This document shows, piece by piece, positions 1 to 10,183 of a stretch of 64,000 bases of DNA. The DNA lies in NCBI GenBank assembly GCA_034226945.1, contig CP120454.1:372001-436000 (forward strand). The letters are read 5' to 3'. Below the pieces are notes generated by a model. It was not told where the DNA came from. It saw only the letters and a list, made by a program, of their open reading frames with translations, and ran no database searches. Position numbers and translations under genes: made by a program. The stretch is from Picochlorum sp. SENEW3 (Eukaryota). Position 1 is the stretch's first letter, and each line of letters opens with the position of its first letter.

Positions 1-1259
1 TCCTCCTTTCCTCCAGAGTAAAATCTGAAAGCAGGGAGGCCTTTGACTCCCAGCTCCGAGCAGAACATCTCCAAATTTTCATCAGTAGTGTCAACAGATA
101 CTACTCTGACTTTGCCTGACAGGTTGGAGGCCAGATCCTCTACGAATGGGGCAAGTTGTCTGCATTTTCCACACCATGGAGCCCAAAACTTGACCAAAAT
201 TTTCTCTCCAGATTGGATCAATTCTTCGAGTTCTTTGGGATTTTCGATCGGTTTCACAGCATTGGATGATATTTCATCCGCATGTGATGCCTCTGCTGTC
301 TGGAAATAGTCCAAACTCTTTTCCGGGTCTGCTACCATTGCCCTATCCCCAGGCTTCCATCCAGCTGGACACACCTCCCCATGCTCAGCCACGTGCTGGA
401 TTGCCTGAAGGGTTCTCAAAGCTTCGTCAACACTTCGACCAATTGGGAAATTGTTGATCGTAGCATGCTCGACGACACCTTCCGGATTGATGATGTACAG
501 CCCTCGAAGTGCAATACCTGCATCTTCTTTTAGCACACCATACCTGGCTGCAACTGATTTCGTAACATCTGCGAGGATTGGAATCTGCATATAACCCAAT
601 CCTCCCATAGTTCGAGGAGTTTTTATCCATGCGAGGTGGACTTCTGGCGTATCCGTAGAGGCTGCAAGCAGTTGGCAATTCAACTCCTCAAATTCTTTAG
701 CTCTGTCACTGAATGCAATAATTTCCGTTGGGCACACAAACGTAAAGTCTTTCGGGTACCAGAAGAGGATTACATACTTTCCCTGCATACATACAAAAGA
801 TCAGACGACAGCAGGCGACAATGCGTGATTCTGCGATGCTAAAATACCTTGTAATCTGAGAGATTCACAGTTTTCATGTCCCCATCAACAACAGCTGCAC
901 ACAGAAGATACCATAGTCAGTGCATCGCCATCGTTTCTCTTCTTTCCCAACATATATACCATACCTTCAAGGGAAAAATCAGGAGCCGGACTTCCGACCT
1001 GCAGCTCAGTCTCGGGATACAGAATATTATCCCAAGCGCTCGTTGAAAAAGCACGACCTGCTGATTCAGGTGATCTCCATGGAATGCCGCCATTGGATCG
1101 GTTTGATTCAAAATTTACTCCAGATAATTTTGATACCAGAGAAGTCCCAACGCAGCTGTGAAGGGTTCTTGCTTGATTTACCTTGGAAGCAGACCCTCCA
1201 ACAAGACTGCTTTCCCGCTCGATCAAGCGCACAAAAGAAGAGACGAGTCTGTTTCTCAT
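1..1259 (-). CDS. Typical 2-Cys peroxiredoxin fused to a C-terminal thioredoxin domain; 3' end runs off the window; probable mitochondrial presequence
   Basis: Exons 1259-965, 894-848 and 782-<1 with GT-AG introns splice to [15 protein letters not shown]...[21 protein letters not shown]...GGLG...[11 protein letters not shown]...SLDYF, then continue in frame to [15 protein letters not shown]...GVKGLPAF. Confidence 0.9.
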
Positions 1260-1739
1260 GATGTACCGTATTTAGATATGGGATAAATAACAAACGATAT
1301 AATAGTACGGAATGATGGATGCGGCATTGAGCTTTGATGAGGATGGCACCCATGGCTGGTGAGTCATCAGGGTTGAAATGCTCCACCAAGATTTCCATTC
1401 TCATTTGATTATGGGCTATCAGTGGTAGAGTATCCTGAGATACATGTATTTTTTAATTTGCTCGTGCATCAATATGTCGCCCGGGTGATGTCGACTCATT
1501 CGATTTGCACGGTATGTTTCTTCAACTACAGACAACGCCATATAGGTCCCATTATCGCATCCAATTGTTCCGTAATTCTTCCAAAGGATGGAATCATTAC
1601 TTTTAATGGATGCGGATACGAAAATACTGAGATCAGTAGGCAGCTGGTTTATACTCAACTTTGTTGGACTAGGCTGCAAAGGCACAGTATACATTCAACT
1701 TCAATGCTTTTACAATGTGCAATGCAGATATAATTACGT

Positions 1740-2921
1740 TTATTGCTCTTCCACTGATTCAGTTCCAGATTTGACGATGCTATGAGCATCAATCTTCTCA
1801 GGGTTCTGAGACAGATTGTCAACCATCCACTTGATCACCAGGGAATTTGAGATGTACAGGGTGCTCTGTTCAGGAGTCTCGATGATTGTTCTCAGTGGCT
1901 CTATAGCCACAATTTTACCCTCAGCAACCACATTCTGATAGTTCAACAATCTCACCTCATCACCGATTGCAAAGGGAGGTGCAGTGTACAGTGTTATTGC
2001 AGCTGCAAAATTTTCCAACACATTCCTAGCTGCTATACCAATGACGACGGATGAGGCCCCGAGAGATGCTAAGAGTGGGCTAATGTCGAAACCAAATGCA
2101 TTCAAGCCAGCCAAACCTGCTCCAATGTATAAAACATAGTCTAACAGGTAGGAGAATGTTAGCAACATCCTATTCAACCCAGAATTTGACGTCACCCCAT
2201 TCAAATATTTATTCAGTACATAGTTTGTCACACGGTCCTTGATATTCTTTACAGTCCAGGTGGTCACGAGGATGTAACACAAGTCGACGAGATCTTGGCA
2301 TAACTGCGCAAGCAGGCGTACTCCCCTCACCATGAGTGCTTCGTCAAACATAGTCTTCTCTAAGGCCTGTTCAAGGTACACATCATATACGGTGATCAAC
2401 GATAGCACAACTGTACATGTATATGTATATCCAAGGAATGGCAGTATCCGAGACAGTGGCCCAGTAAAGCTGTACAAGAGAGACTTGATCGGGTTTAAAG
2501 GCCGAATGCCCTCCTCTTCTACGGCAGTGCTTCCCTTATTCAACCAATCAGAGATAAATTTCATCAGATAGATGCATACCAACGAAGTTGAGATGATCTG
2601 AACTGAATGAACTGCTGCCTCGAATCCAGAAAACTGGTGAAGTTTCTCCAACACCGGAACACCTGTTGCCTCCCAAGTAATCAAAAGATTATTTTCTCCA
2701 GCATGTCTTCGGATATTCACATGCCTTTTCGGTGCACGAGTGCATCGAAATCCCAGGTGAGTGGGCTGTTGAAAGAGTTGGTATCTGCACACCGTCTGTG
2801 ACCTGGTTTGGAGAATATTGCAGGACACACTATTCATACTGTTGTATATTATGCAGGGTTTGTCAACTGCAACCATGCAAACCGATGGTAAATTCATGTT
2901 TGCTATTGCCAATGGAACCAA
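1740..2921 (-). CDS. MscS-family small-conductance mechanosensitive channel
   Basis: 393-aa ORF with TM segments and LASLGASSVVIGIAARNVLENFAAAITLYTAPPFAIGDEV...G.I..I..LRT.I.......YISNS, typical of MscS TM3 and the beta domain. Confidence 0.85.
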   Translation of the reverse strand: MVPLAIANMNLPSVCMVAVDKPCIIYNSMNSVSCNILQTRSQTVCRYQLFQQPTHLGFRCTRAPKRHVNIRRHAGENNLLITWEATGVPVLEKLHQFSGFEAAVHSVQIISTSLVCIYLMKFISDWLNKGSTAVEEEGIRPLNPIKSLLYSFTGPLSRILPFLGYTYTCTVVLSLITVYDVYLEQALEKTMFDEALMVRGVRLLAQLCQDLVDLCYILVTTWTVKNIKDRVTNYVLNKYLNGVTSNSGLNRMLLTFSYLLDYVLYIGAGLAGLNAFGFDISPLLASLGASSVVIGIAARNVLENFAAAITLYTAPPFAIGDEVRLLNYQNVVAEGKIVAIEPLRTIIETPEQSTLYISNSLVIKWMVDNLSQNPEKIDAHSIVKSGTESVEEQ

Positions 2922-3099
2922 GTTGGTTCGCTAGTAGATCTGTACGTACAGATCTGTCCTTCCACACTTGCAATCAGTCATGATATGGGCCAAATCATCT
3001 CTGGGAGGGCACTGCATCTCTCATATACAAATTTTGGAAAATACTTTAACGAGAGAATACTGGATAGTAGATGCTACTTGTCATTTAATTTGACTACGC

Positions 3100-3785
3100 A
3101 TGAGTGTGAAAACGTGAGTATCTTTACATTTTAATTCGACATGGCGTGCTTTGATTTAGAAATCCATTGTACTTGGTGATGTGCAGAAGACATCCTTGGC
3201 TCTCGGAGTATGAGGAATCTGTCTGTTGCGTTCCAAAACATGCAGATGCAGGAGAAGGTGGCCTAGATTACTGGACAGTTCAGGTTCCAGATGCGGTGCG
3301 TGTTAGCAACAATTGTATATTTATAAAGTTAAAGACGCGTTTCTTTGACCATTGGTGACAATGTTCAGGTTAGTATGGAAAAAATCAACTCATCAAAGTG
3401 GTCTAAAAGGAAAGTTGGTGATGGGCCACCCAGCTGGACTTCAGAGATTGATGGTGCGTTTTCAAGACTGCAAATAGTCTGTTACATGCCTAGGATGGTG
3501 TGACGCTAATGATATGATGTATGCGCCTCGCTAGCATGAGGTCTCCTATACATAGTCTCAGATTGGATTGTTTACCTGACTGATACTGTTTCTGCAGGAG
3601 TGCTGTATGTTATGGAAGAGGTCACCTGTAGATCAAAGGTTTACCTCTTGAGTACTGAAGGAAAGGAAGGTGTCAAGGATGTTGTGAAACGACTTGTCAT
3701 CCGGGTTGAGACAGGCTCCAATGCCACCAAGGATGACAGCGTTCGGAACAAGAAGAAGCAGAAAAGACAAGAGTCGAACGATTGA
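3100..3785 (+). CDS. Small 4-exon protein (about 125 aa); weak resemblance to RNA polymerase I subunit RPA34.5
   Basis: ATG at 3100 and three phase-consistent GT-AG introns give MSVKTRHPW...DYWTVQVPDAVSMEKINSS...Lys-rich tail; the gene model is better supported than the identity. Confidence 0.55.
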
Positions 3786-3886
3786 AATTCTCGTCATGCT
3801 TATATATTTATCTATCTCATTTATTAATAGCAGAAATTGATGTTTAAGAGTGGATGGAGTGAGAGAGGAGGAAGAATTGTCCAGTC

Positions 3887-5371
3887 ATGGCGAACTTCTC
3901 GAGTGCACTCAAGATTACTGATGTGAATGATTTCATTGCGCCTAGTCAAGACTGTGTTGTTTTAGACCAATCCAAGGCGTCTTTGAAATTGGCAGACACT
4001 GATGATACTGAGGTATGTTGGAGTTGCAGTCAAAAAGGCATTTGAGTTTGTGAATTCGTTTTTCATATGCATTGTTCGACAATGTAGATCGGTCAAGTTC
4101 AGATCCAGAGTAGAAGTATTCCTTCGAGAGAGAACAATGAGCCAGTGAAGATTTCATTGCATGACTGCCTAGCGTGCAGTGGGTGTGTCACAACTGCTGA
4201 GACAATTTTGTTAGAACACCAGAGTATTGATCAGTTCAAAAACAAGCTGGGAGACAAAAACTGCCGAGTAGTTGTTTCAATATCCTTACAAACACTAGCT
4301 TCAATTTCTGATGCTCGGGGTATTGGTGTTGCTGAGGTTGGCAGGAAGTTGTCTTGGCTACTTAGGCAACATGGGGCATTTGCGGTGTTTGATCTCAGCA
4401 TAGCGTCTGAAATCGCTTTACTAGAAAATTGCTTAGAGTTTGAGAGAAGATTAAGGAATGGAGAGAAAATACCCATGATGGCTTCAGCTTGTCCTGGCTG
4501 GATATGTTATGTGGAAAAATCTCAGCCTCATTTGATTCCTTACATTAGCTCTGTGAAGAGTCCTCAGGGTATAATGGGTACTCTCGTCAAACAATTCTGG
4601 TCATCTGAGATTAATACAAGTCCACAGGGTATATTTCATGTCGCTATTATGCCATGCTATGATAAGAAATTAGAGTCAGTCCGTGAAGAGTTGATGGTTG
4701 GAAATGTACCAGAAACCGATTGCGTTCTGACGACTGGAGAGCTTGAAAAGTGGTTGGATGATATTAATGTGAATCTTTCAGAAACCAAAGAAGAGAGTTT
4801 TGATGTGTTTTTTGATGATGCAAGTGATTTGGGAGATTTGATGGACTGTGACAATGCATCCATATGTTGGCCTAGCACTCTCACTGGTGATGACGATCCC
4901 GTGGGCTCGGGTGGATATTTGAGTCATTTGGCTAGATACATGTCGTTATCGCATGGTTTGGGACGGATTCCTCTAAAACAGGGAAGAAATGCTGATATAG
5001 CAGAATGTCAGCTGGACAATGGACAAAATCACATCAACTTTGCCATAATCAATGGATTCAGAAATATTCAAGGGCTGGTGAGAAAGATAAAATTAGGCAA
5101 GTGTCATTACCACTTCGTGGAGGTCATGGCATGCCCCTCAGGCTGTGTCAATGGTGGAGGTCAGCTCCCAGTTGAAACTGGGAGAACAGAGGCATTGGGC
5201 AGGATGGAGAAATCTGTCCACGTTGCCAAATTGCGTGGCTCAGACATCGTAAAGCAATGCGATTTGATCTATAATAGATGGATTCGAGGCATGCCAGGAT
5301 CAATGACTTCGGTTTCGAAATTCACGACTTCCCTGAAGGAAAGAAAAGGTATCTCTGTTGCAGATTGGTGA
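3887..5371 (+). CDS. NAR1: Cytosolic Fe-S assembly factor NAR1/NARFL (Fe-hydrogenase-like)
   Basis: Exon 1 MANFSSALKITDVNDFIAPSQDC; exon 2 ISLHDCLACSGCVT, SACPGW, IMPCYDKKLE, EVMACPSGCVNGGGQ; ends in the conserved terminal Trp. Confidence 0.93.
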
Positions 5372-5494
5372 CAGATTTCTTGTGATGGCAACAGAAACGT
5401 ATCTTAAAACATGATGATTAATGAAATATTCAAATAAGTAATATTACAACATAAGAAGAGCGTATTTCATTGCTCGCCGGTCCGCGAAATCGGA

Positions 5495-7387
5495 ATGCTT
5501 GTTCGTCATGCAGCAAGGTTTGGTTACACCCACGCCCTCGTGAGCGATCGAGGAACGACTAGAGTCCCTCTAAGACAGCCATTTGTCAAATTTCATGCCA
5601 GTTACTCGTCACATTGTGGCGGTATACTTGGAGCAGACGCCCTCACTCTTTGTTTGGCTGTTCCGGAAGGACAAAGAAGTTTGGTAGAAGAAAATGTCAA
5701 GGACGTGGTAGTGAGGGTGTATAATGTATCTGTATCGGCTCCAAAAGATCCTGGAAAAGACGATTTTGATGTCCATCAAGAGTTGTTGGAGTCAATCAGG
5801 AAGAAGTTAAAGCTCAGGTCAACTAAACCACTAGCAGAACATGGGAATGTTGCTATTGTGAGGAAAGCATTTGATTCTCGAGATAAATCTCGAAAGAAAT
5901 GGATCTACGTAGTGGATATTCCACTGAGAGCTCTTGATGGAAAGAAAATTGTGGAATCTCAGGGGAAGATTGAGATAATGGAGGTTTGCAAAGACCATGT
6001 CAACTGGAACCGTGTATCAAATGGGCAGGCAATCAATAAATCTGATCCAGTTGTTGTGGTTGGATCTGGGCCAGCGGGTCTTTTTGCTGCGCTCTCAATT
6101 GCTAAATCTGGCATCCCTGTAACAATATTAGAGCGAGGGCGCCCCGTGGAGGATCGAGGGAAAGATATAGGGGCCTTATTCGCCAGAAAGAAGTTGAACC
6201 CTGAAAGCAATCTCTGCTATGGAGAGGGGGGAGCTGGGACTTGGTCAGATGGGAAGTTGACCACAAGAATTGGGCGGAACAATGACCCAGTTCGACAAGT
6301 ATTGGAGACATTGTGTCTATTCGGAGCTCCAAATGCAATATTATACTCCGGAAAGCCCCACTTGGGCACTGATAGATTGATTGGAATTCTTAGGTCATTT
6401 AGGCATCACTTGCGGGACCTTGGAGTTAAGATTGAATTTGAATCTAAAGTGAAAACACTTGAAATAAAAAACGGGCGAGTTGTTGGAGTTCTGCTCGAGG
6501 ATGGAACTGGGTTTCCTTGTCAGAAATGCATTTTAGCTGTAGGACATTCGGCTCGCCAGATGTATGAGCATTTGGCAGATCTGGGTGTCAAGATGGAAGC
6601 AAAGCCGTTCGCCATGGGTTTTCGGATAGAGCACCCTCAAGCTGTTATCGATGCAATCCAATATGGTAAAGAGGATGCAGAGAATCTGGTCAAAAGAGGG
6701 AAGGGTCCGATTCCTGTTGCAGATTACAAATTAACAACCAATTTATCTGATAGAGGCATTTACTCTTTTTGTATGTGCCCGGGAGGACAGATTGTTCCCA
6801 CCAGCACAAATGAAGCTGAATTATGCATAAATGGAATGTCTTTCAGTAAAAGAAATTCAATCTGGGCCAATTCTGCCCTGGTCGCAACTATTTCAGAAAC
6901 CGACTGGGAACCATTTGAGAACGGTCATCCTGCTTTATCAGGTGTGAACTTACAAAAGCACATTGAGCGGAGAGCGGCGCATATGGGTGGTGGTAACTTA
7001 ATTTGCCCAGTGCAGCGTGTGGTTGATTTCCTCTCGGATAGAGAATCTGTAGGGAAACTTCCTTCATCCTCCTATCGTCTAGGTGTGAAAAGTGCTTCAC
7101 TGCATACTCTCTACTCAGCAGAAGTTACTGAGGCAATCAAACAAGCTTTGTTCAAATTTGATACCATCAAGCCTGGATATATATGCGAAGATGCACTACT
7201 ACATGCTGCTGAGACAAGAACGAGTTCGCCTGTTCAAATAACACGCCATCCAGAAAGTTTTGAATCAGTCTCAATAAAGGGTCTCTATCCAGCAGGGGAG
7301 GGTGCAGGATATGCTGGAGGCATTGTATCAGCTTGTGTTGACGGATTGAAAGTAGGGAACTCGATCGTTCAACAAGTCGCGTCCTAA
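5495..7387 (+). CDS. Uncharacterised FAD-dependent oxidoreductase, probably organelle-targeted
   Basis: 630-aa ORF: VVGSGPAG dinucleotide-binding motif, GEGGAGTWSDGKL, YSFCMCPGG, ETRTSSP, GEGAGYAGGIVSA. Confidence 0.85.
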   Translation: MLVRHAARFGYTHALVSDRGTTRVPLRQPFVKFHASYSSHCGGILGADALTLCLAVPEGQRSLVEENVKDVVVRVYNVSVSAPKDPGKDDFDVHQELLESIRKKLKLRSTKPLAEHGNVAIVRKAFDSRDKSRKKWIYVVDIPLRALDGKKIVESQGKIEIMEVCKDHVNWNRVSNGQAINKSDPVVVVGSGPAGLFAALSIAKSGIPVTILERGRPVEDRGKDIGALFARKKLNPESNLCYGEGGAGTWSDGKLTTRIGRNNDPVRQVLETLCLFGAPNAILYSGKPHLGTDRLIGILRSFRHHLRDLGVKIEFESKVKTLEIKNGRVVGVLLEDGTGFPCQKCILAVGHSARQMYEHLADLGVKMEAKPFAMGFRIEHPQAVIDAIQYGKEDAENLVKRGKGPIPVADYKLTTNLSDRGIYSFCMCPGGQIVPTSTNEAELCINGMSFSKRNSIWANSALVATISETDWEPFENGHPALSGVNLQKHIERRAAHMGGGNLICPVQRVVDFLSDRESVGKLPSSSYRLGVKSASLHTLYSAEVTEAIKQALFKFDTIKPGYICEDALLHAAETRTSSPVQITRHPESFESVSIKGLYPAGEGAGYAGGIVSACVDGLKVGNSIVQQVAS

Positions 7388-7424
7388 CGAATCTTCTAAA
7401 AAGTCAAATCAACAAACTATCTTA

Positions 7425-9306
7425 TCAGCTCATAATTTTAACCAACACTGGGGCGATCAGTTGTCTATCCTGAGCCCAAGCCCACAATACAATCTTCTTC
7501 TTTCCCATTAATGGCAACGAGCCACTAGCCACAAGACCTATTGATGGATATTTAGAATTCATGCCATGCGGACGCGCCGAAGTAACAATGCCCATGACAT
7601 CCCACCTATGAATGTCTTTCTTCGCTGCAACTGTCGATTCGCCTTTTCTTATGAGGCTGCGTTGTGAATCAATTCTCATCTTCCCACAAGACGGCAGTAT
7701 CTTAGGAGATTCAATAGCACATAAAATATCTCCTTGCCTGAGCGTTCCATTTTTGAGAATCCAAATTGCAACTCGAGAAAGTCTCTCGGATCTAGAAAAC
7801 AATGCCTGAGACTGTCTCATCAAATTTGATGGGAAATTCTCATTCTTGTCCAATCTCGCTGCAAATGTCTCCACAATCTTGCCAAATTGGTGAGAATTAG
7901 AGTAATCATTCGGATAAAATGCAAGTTTATTTAGAGTGTGATACCAGTGCCATTCCCTTTGACCTGCAATGAATGCCCCAGACAAGCAGATTGCTTTGAA
8001 GATTACCTGATATATATCCCTGTTCAGATAGATGGAGAACCCTGCACAAGGCAAGATATTAGTAAATGTCCCACTTGACACCAGAGATATGCAATTTTGA
8101 AACACACCTGAGCTATTCCGAATGACAGCAATGGTGATACTGTCATCCGAACTAGCACACTCTCTCCCTCGAGGCTCGCTACAGACACAATATCCCACCA
8201 GTCCTGACACAATATCTGACAGGCCATTGGACAAGTCTGAGGCCGAATATATAACTTGTTTCTTATTGATTCTATCATACATTGACCAAATACAGTTGTC
8301 ACCCAGTGACGGGTCATTGTGATTCTCAATTGTTAAAGGTGCTCTTCTCCTTCCCTCGTCCCCAAGCTTGCTGATGATCCTTTCAGACACAGGGCCCCTC
8401 ACTTCAATCCTACCCAGCCTTCCCAGTTTCATGCTGATGTTGTCCGATTTCTTAACCTTTTCACACACGTTCCGAATCACTGGGGCTGCATATTCGCAAT
8501 GTGCCCAGATAATGACCCTGCTACTCTCACAAGTCATGATTTCAAGAGGCCCTGTGCAGCATGAGCCATTGCTCCCTGGCACATCGGCATGTTGATGTGA
8601 ACTACGTTCTTCGCCCACATATTCGGGACTTGTATAATTAGATAGATCCGAAAGAATGGGCAGAATCTCCTTCATCGGCCCAAGTAATTCGATAGAGCAC
8701 CAATAGGAAGCATCGTGGATTATACAGCCAGTCTCCAGTCTGTGCTTGAATGATCGAGTTCCTCTTCCGCAACCACACGTACCCTCAGGAACCACAAACT
8801 TCCAACTATATGAAACAAATGTATGTTAGACATAGATCTAATGATGCAATTATCTGGTTAATGACGTTACCTGTCAATCCTGGACATGGCCATTCTCTTC
8901 GCATGGAAGACATGTGTTGGGAGCCTGCAAACCTCACCAGGGCTCATTGCACCCTTCTCCCAAGGATTCGAACACTCATCAAAACTTTTTTTCCTTCTCA
9001 TCCGCCGATTGAGAAACCTACCCGGGGAGTCCTTGTCTTTATGGACGTTGGGTCTCCTGCCACCTCTCCGATACCGTTTATGACTCCTAGACCTCCTCCT
9101 CAAGCCTCTCGGCAAACCTCGTATTCCATACTCATCTTGGCTCGAACCCTTAACCTGATCGTGAATCGATAGTATCTGCATCGAAAGAAGATCTGATACC
9201 TTCAGTAAAGAGGACCAGAGAGACCAGTCCAGTAAAAGGAGCAGCGACGTACCTCCCGAATTCTGGCCTCAGCCAGTTTATTTACATCAACAGCTCGAGT
9301 AGACAT
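7425..9306 (-). CDS. POP1: RNase P/MRP protein subunit POP1
   Basis: Three exons: VDVNKLAEARIRE / LPRGLRRRSRSH...RLPTHVFHAKRMAM / GRGTRS...IHDASYW...AGQREW...FYPNDY, matching POP1 N-terminal and POPLD motifs. Confidence 0.85.
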
Positions 9307-10183
9307 GTGATAAAATAGCCTACGTCAGATCATTCTATTGATAAAATCCATCCATATTTTGGGGTACAGCAGGAGAGCTGCATGCTTTCGATATTTGTTC
9401 ACTCGTGGGCACGCTACAGTCCTTTTGACATTGCTCACAACACCGGTAATCTTTTCTGAAACACTCTAATTGCTTTTATTGATTCATTGATGAAAGTATC
9501 ATAGTATGCCCGTAGATCCGAATTTCATGGTGGCGCCCTCGAGGTCCACTTCAAACAGAACATCATGTTCCCAACCAATGGCATTGGTTGATTGGAGTTA
9601 AACTTTAAACCTGGGATCCAACAAATCCCCGAAATAATGCTTTCATATGCGGAATGCCGTAATATTGTACAGCTATGATGAAATGCGGCTAAAACGTATC
9701 TGGAATGATGGCTGGGAGTTTGTATGTGTGATCCAACACCTTTTTGCTACGAAGTATAGTTTGGAAGAGTAGGTCGAAGAACGAGCCATTGCCTGGTGTT
9801 AAGCAGTCACCAACCTTGCAGCATCTGATCACTCAAAGTGTATAGAATTCGCTCTCTGGAAGTTATAATCACTCTGGAAACTGTATTCTGATTAGCCTTC
9901 CTCCCATTTTGCAGGTTCAGCTCTAGACTTGGCCAGCTCTCAAGAGAAGGAATGGGGCTAGAGAGGATAGCTTTGCTTTCATTCATCCACTTGTTTACTG
10001 GTATAGATTCGCGGTAGCATATTGGCAATTTTAATCTAGGGGCTGTATATTGATAATGTCTCCCGCCTTGCGGCCATCATGGCACATGGCATGTATGAAA
10101 GCCCAAATCTCGGCTGGTCAACGTTCTGGTTGACCCCGTCAAATTCATTTGCATACCCCGCGTATCCACAATTTTAATAGATA

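Noticed and set aside
1313..1733. Possible small + strand gene (ORF 1422-1733 with a GTGAGT donor upstream)
   Set aside because: No recognisable product and several incompatible splice models.
4145..5371. [FeFe]-hydrogenase
   Set aside because: The NDFIAPSQDC/CLACSGC N-terminus and terminal Trp identify NAR1; no transit peptide.
9615..9965. RNase MRP/P RNA beside POP1 (AAATCCCCG ... ATGGGGCTA resemble CR-I/CR-V)
   Set aside because: The P4 helix would mismatch beyond the four G-C pairs and the GnAAnnUC consensus is not met.
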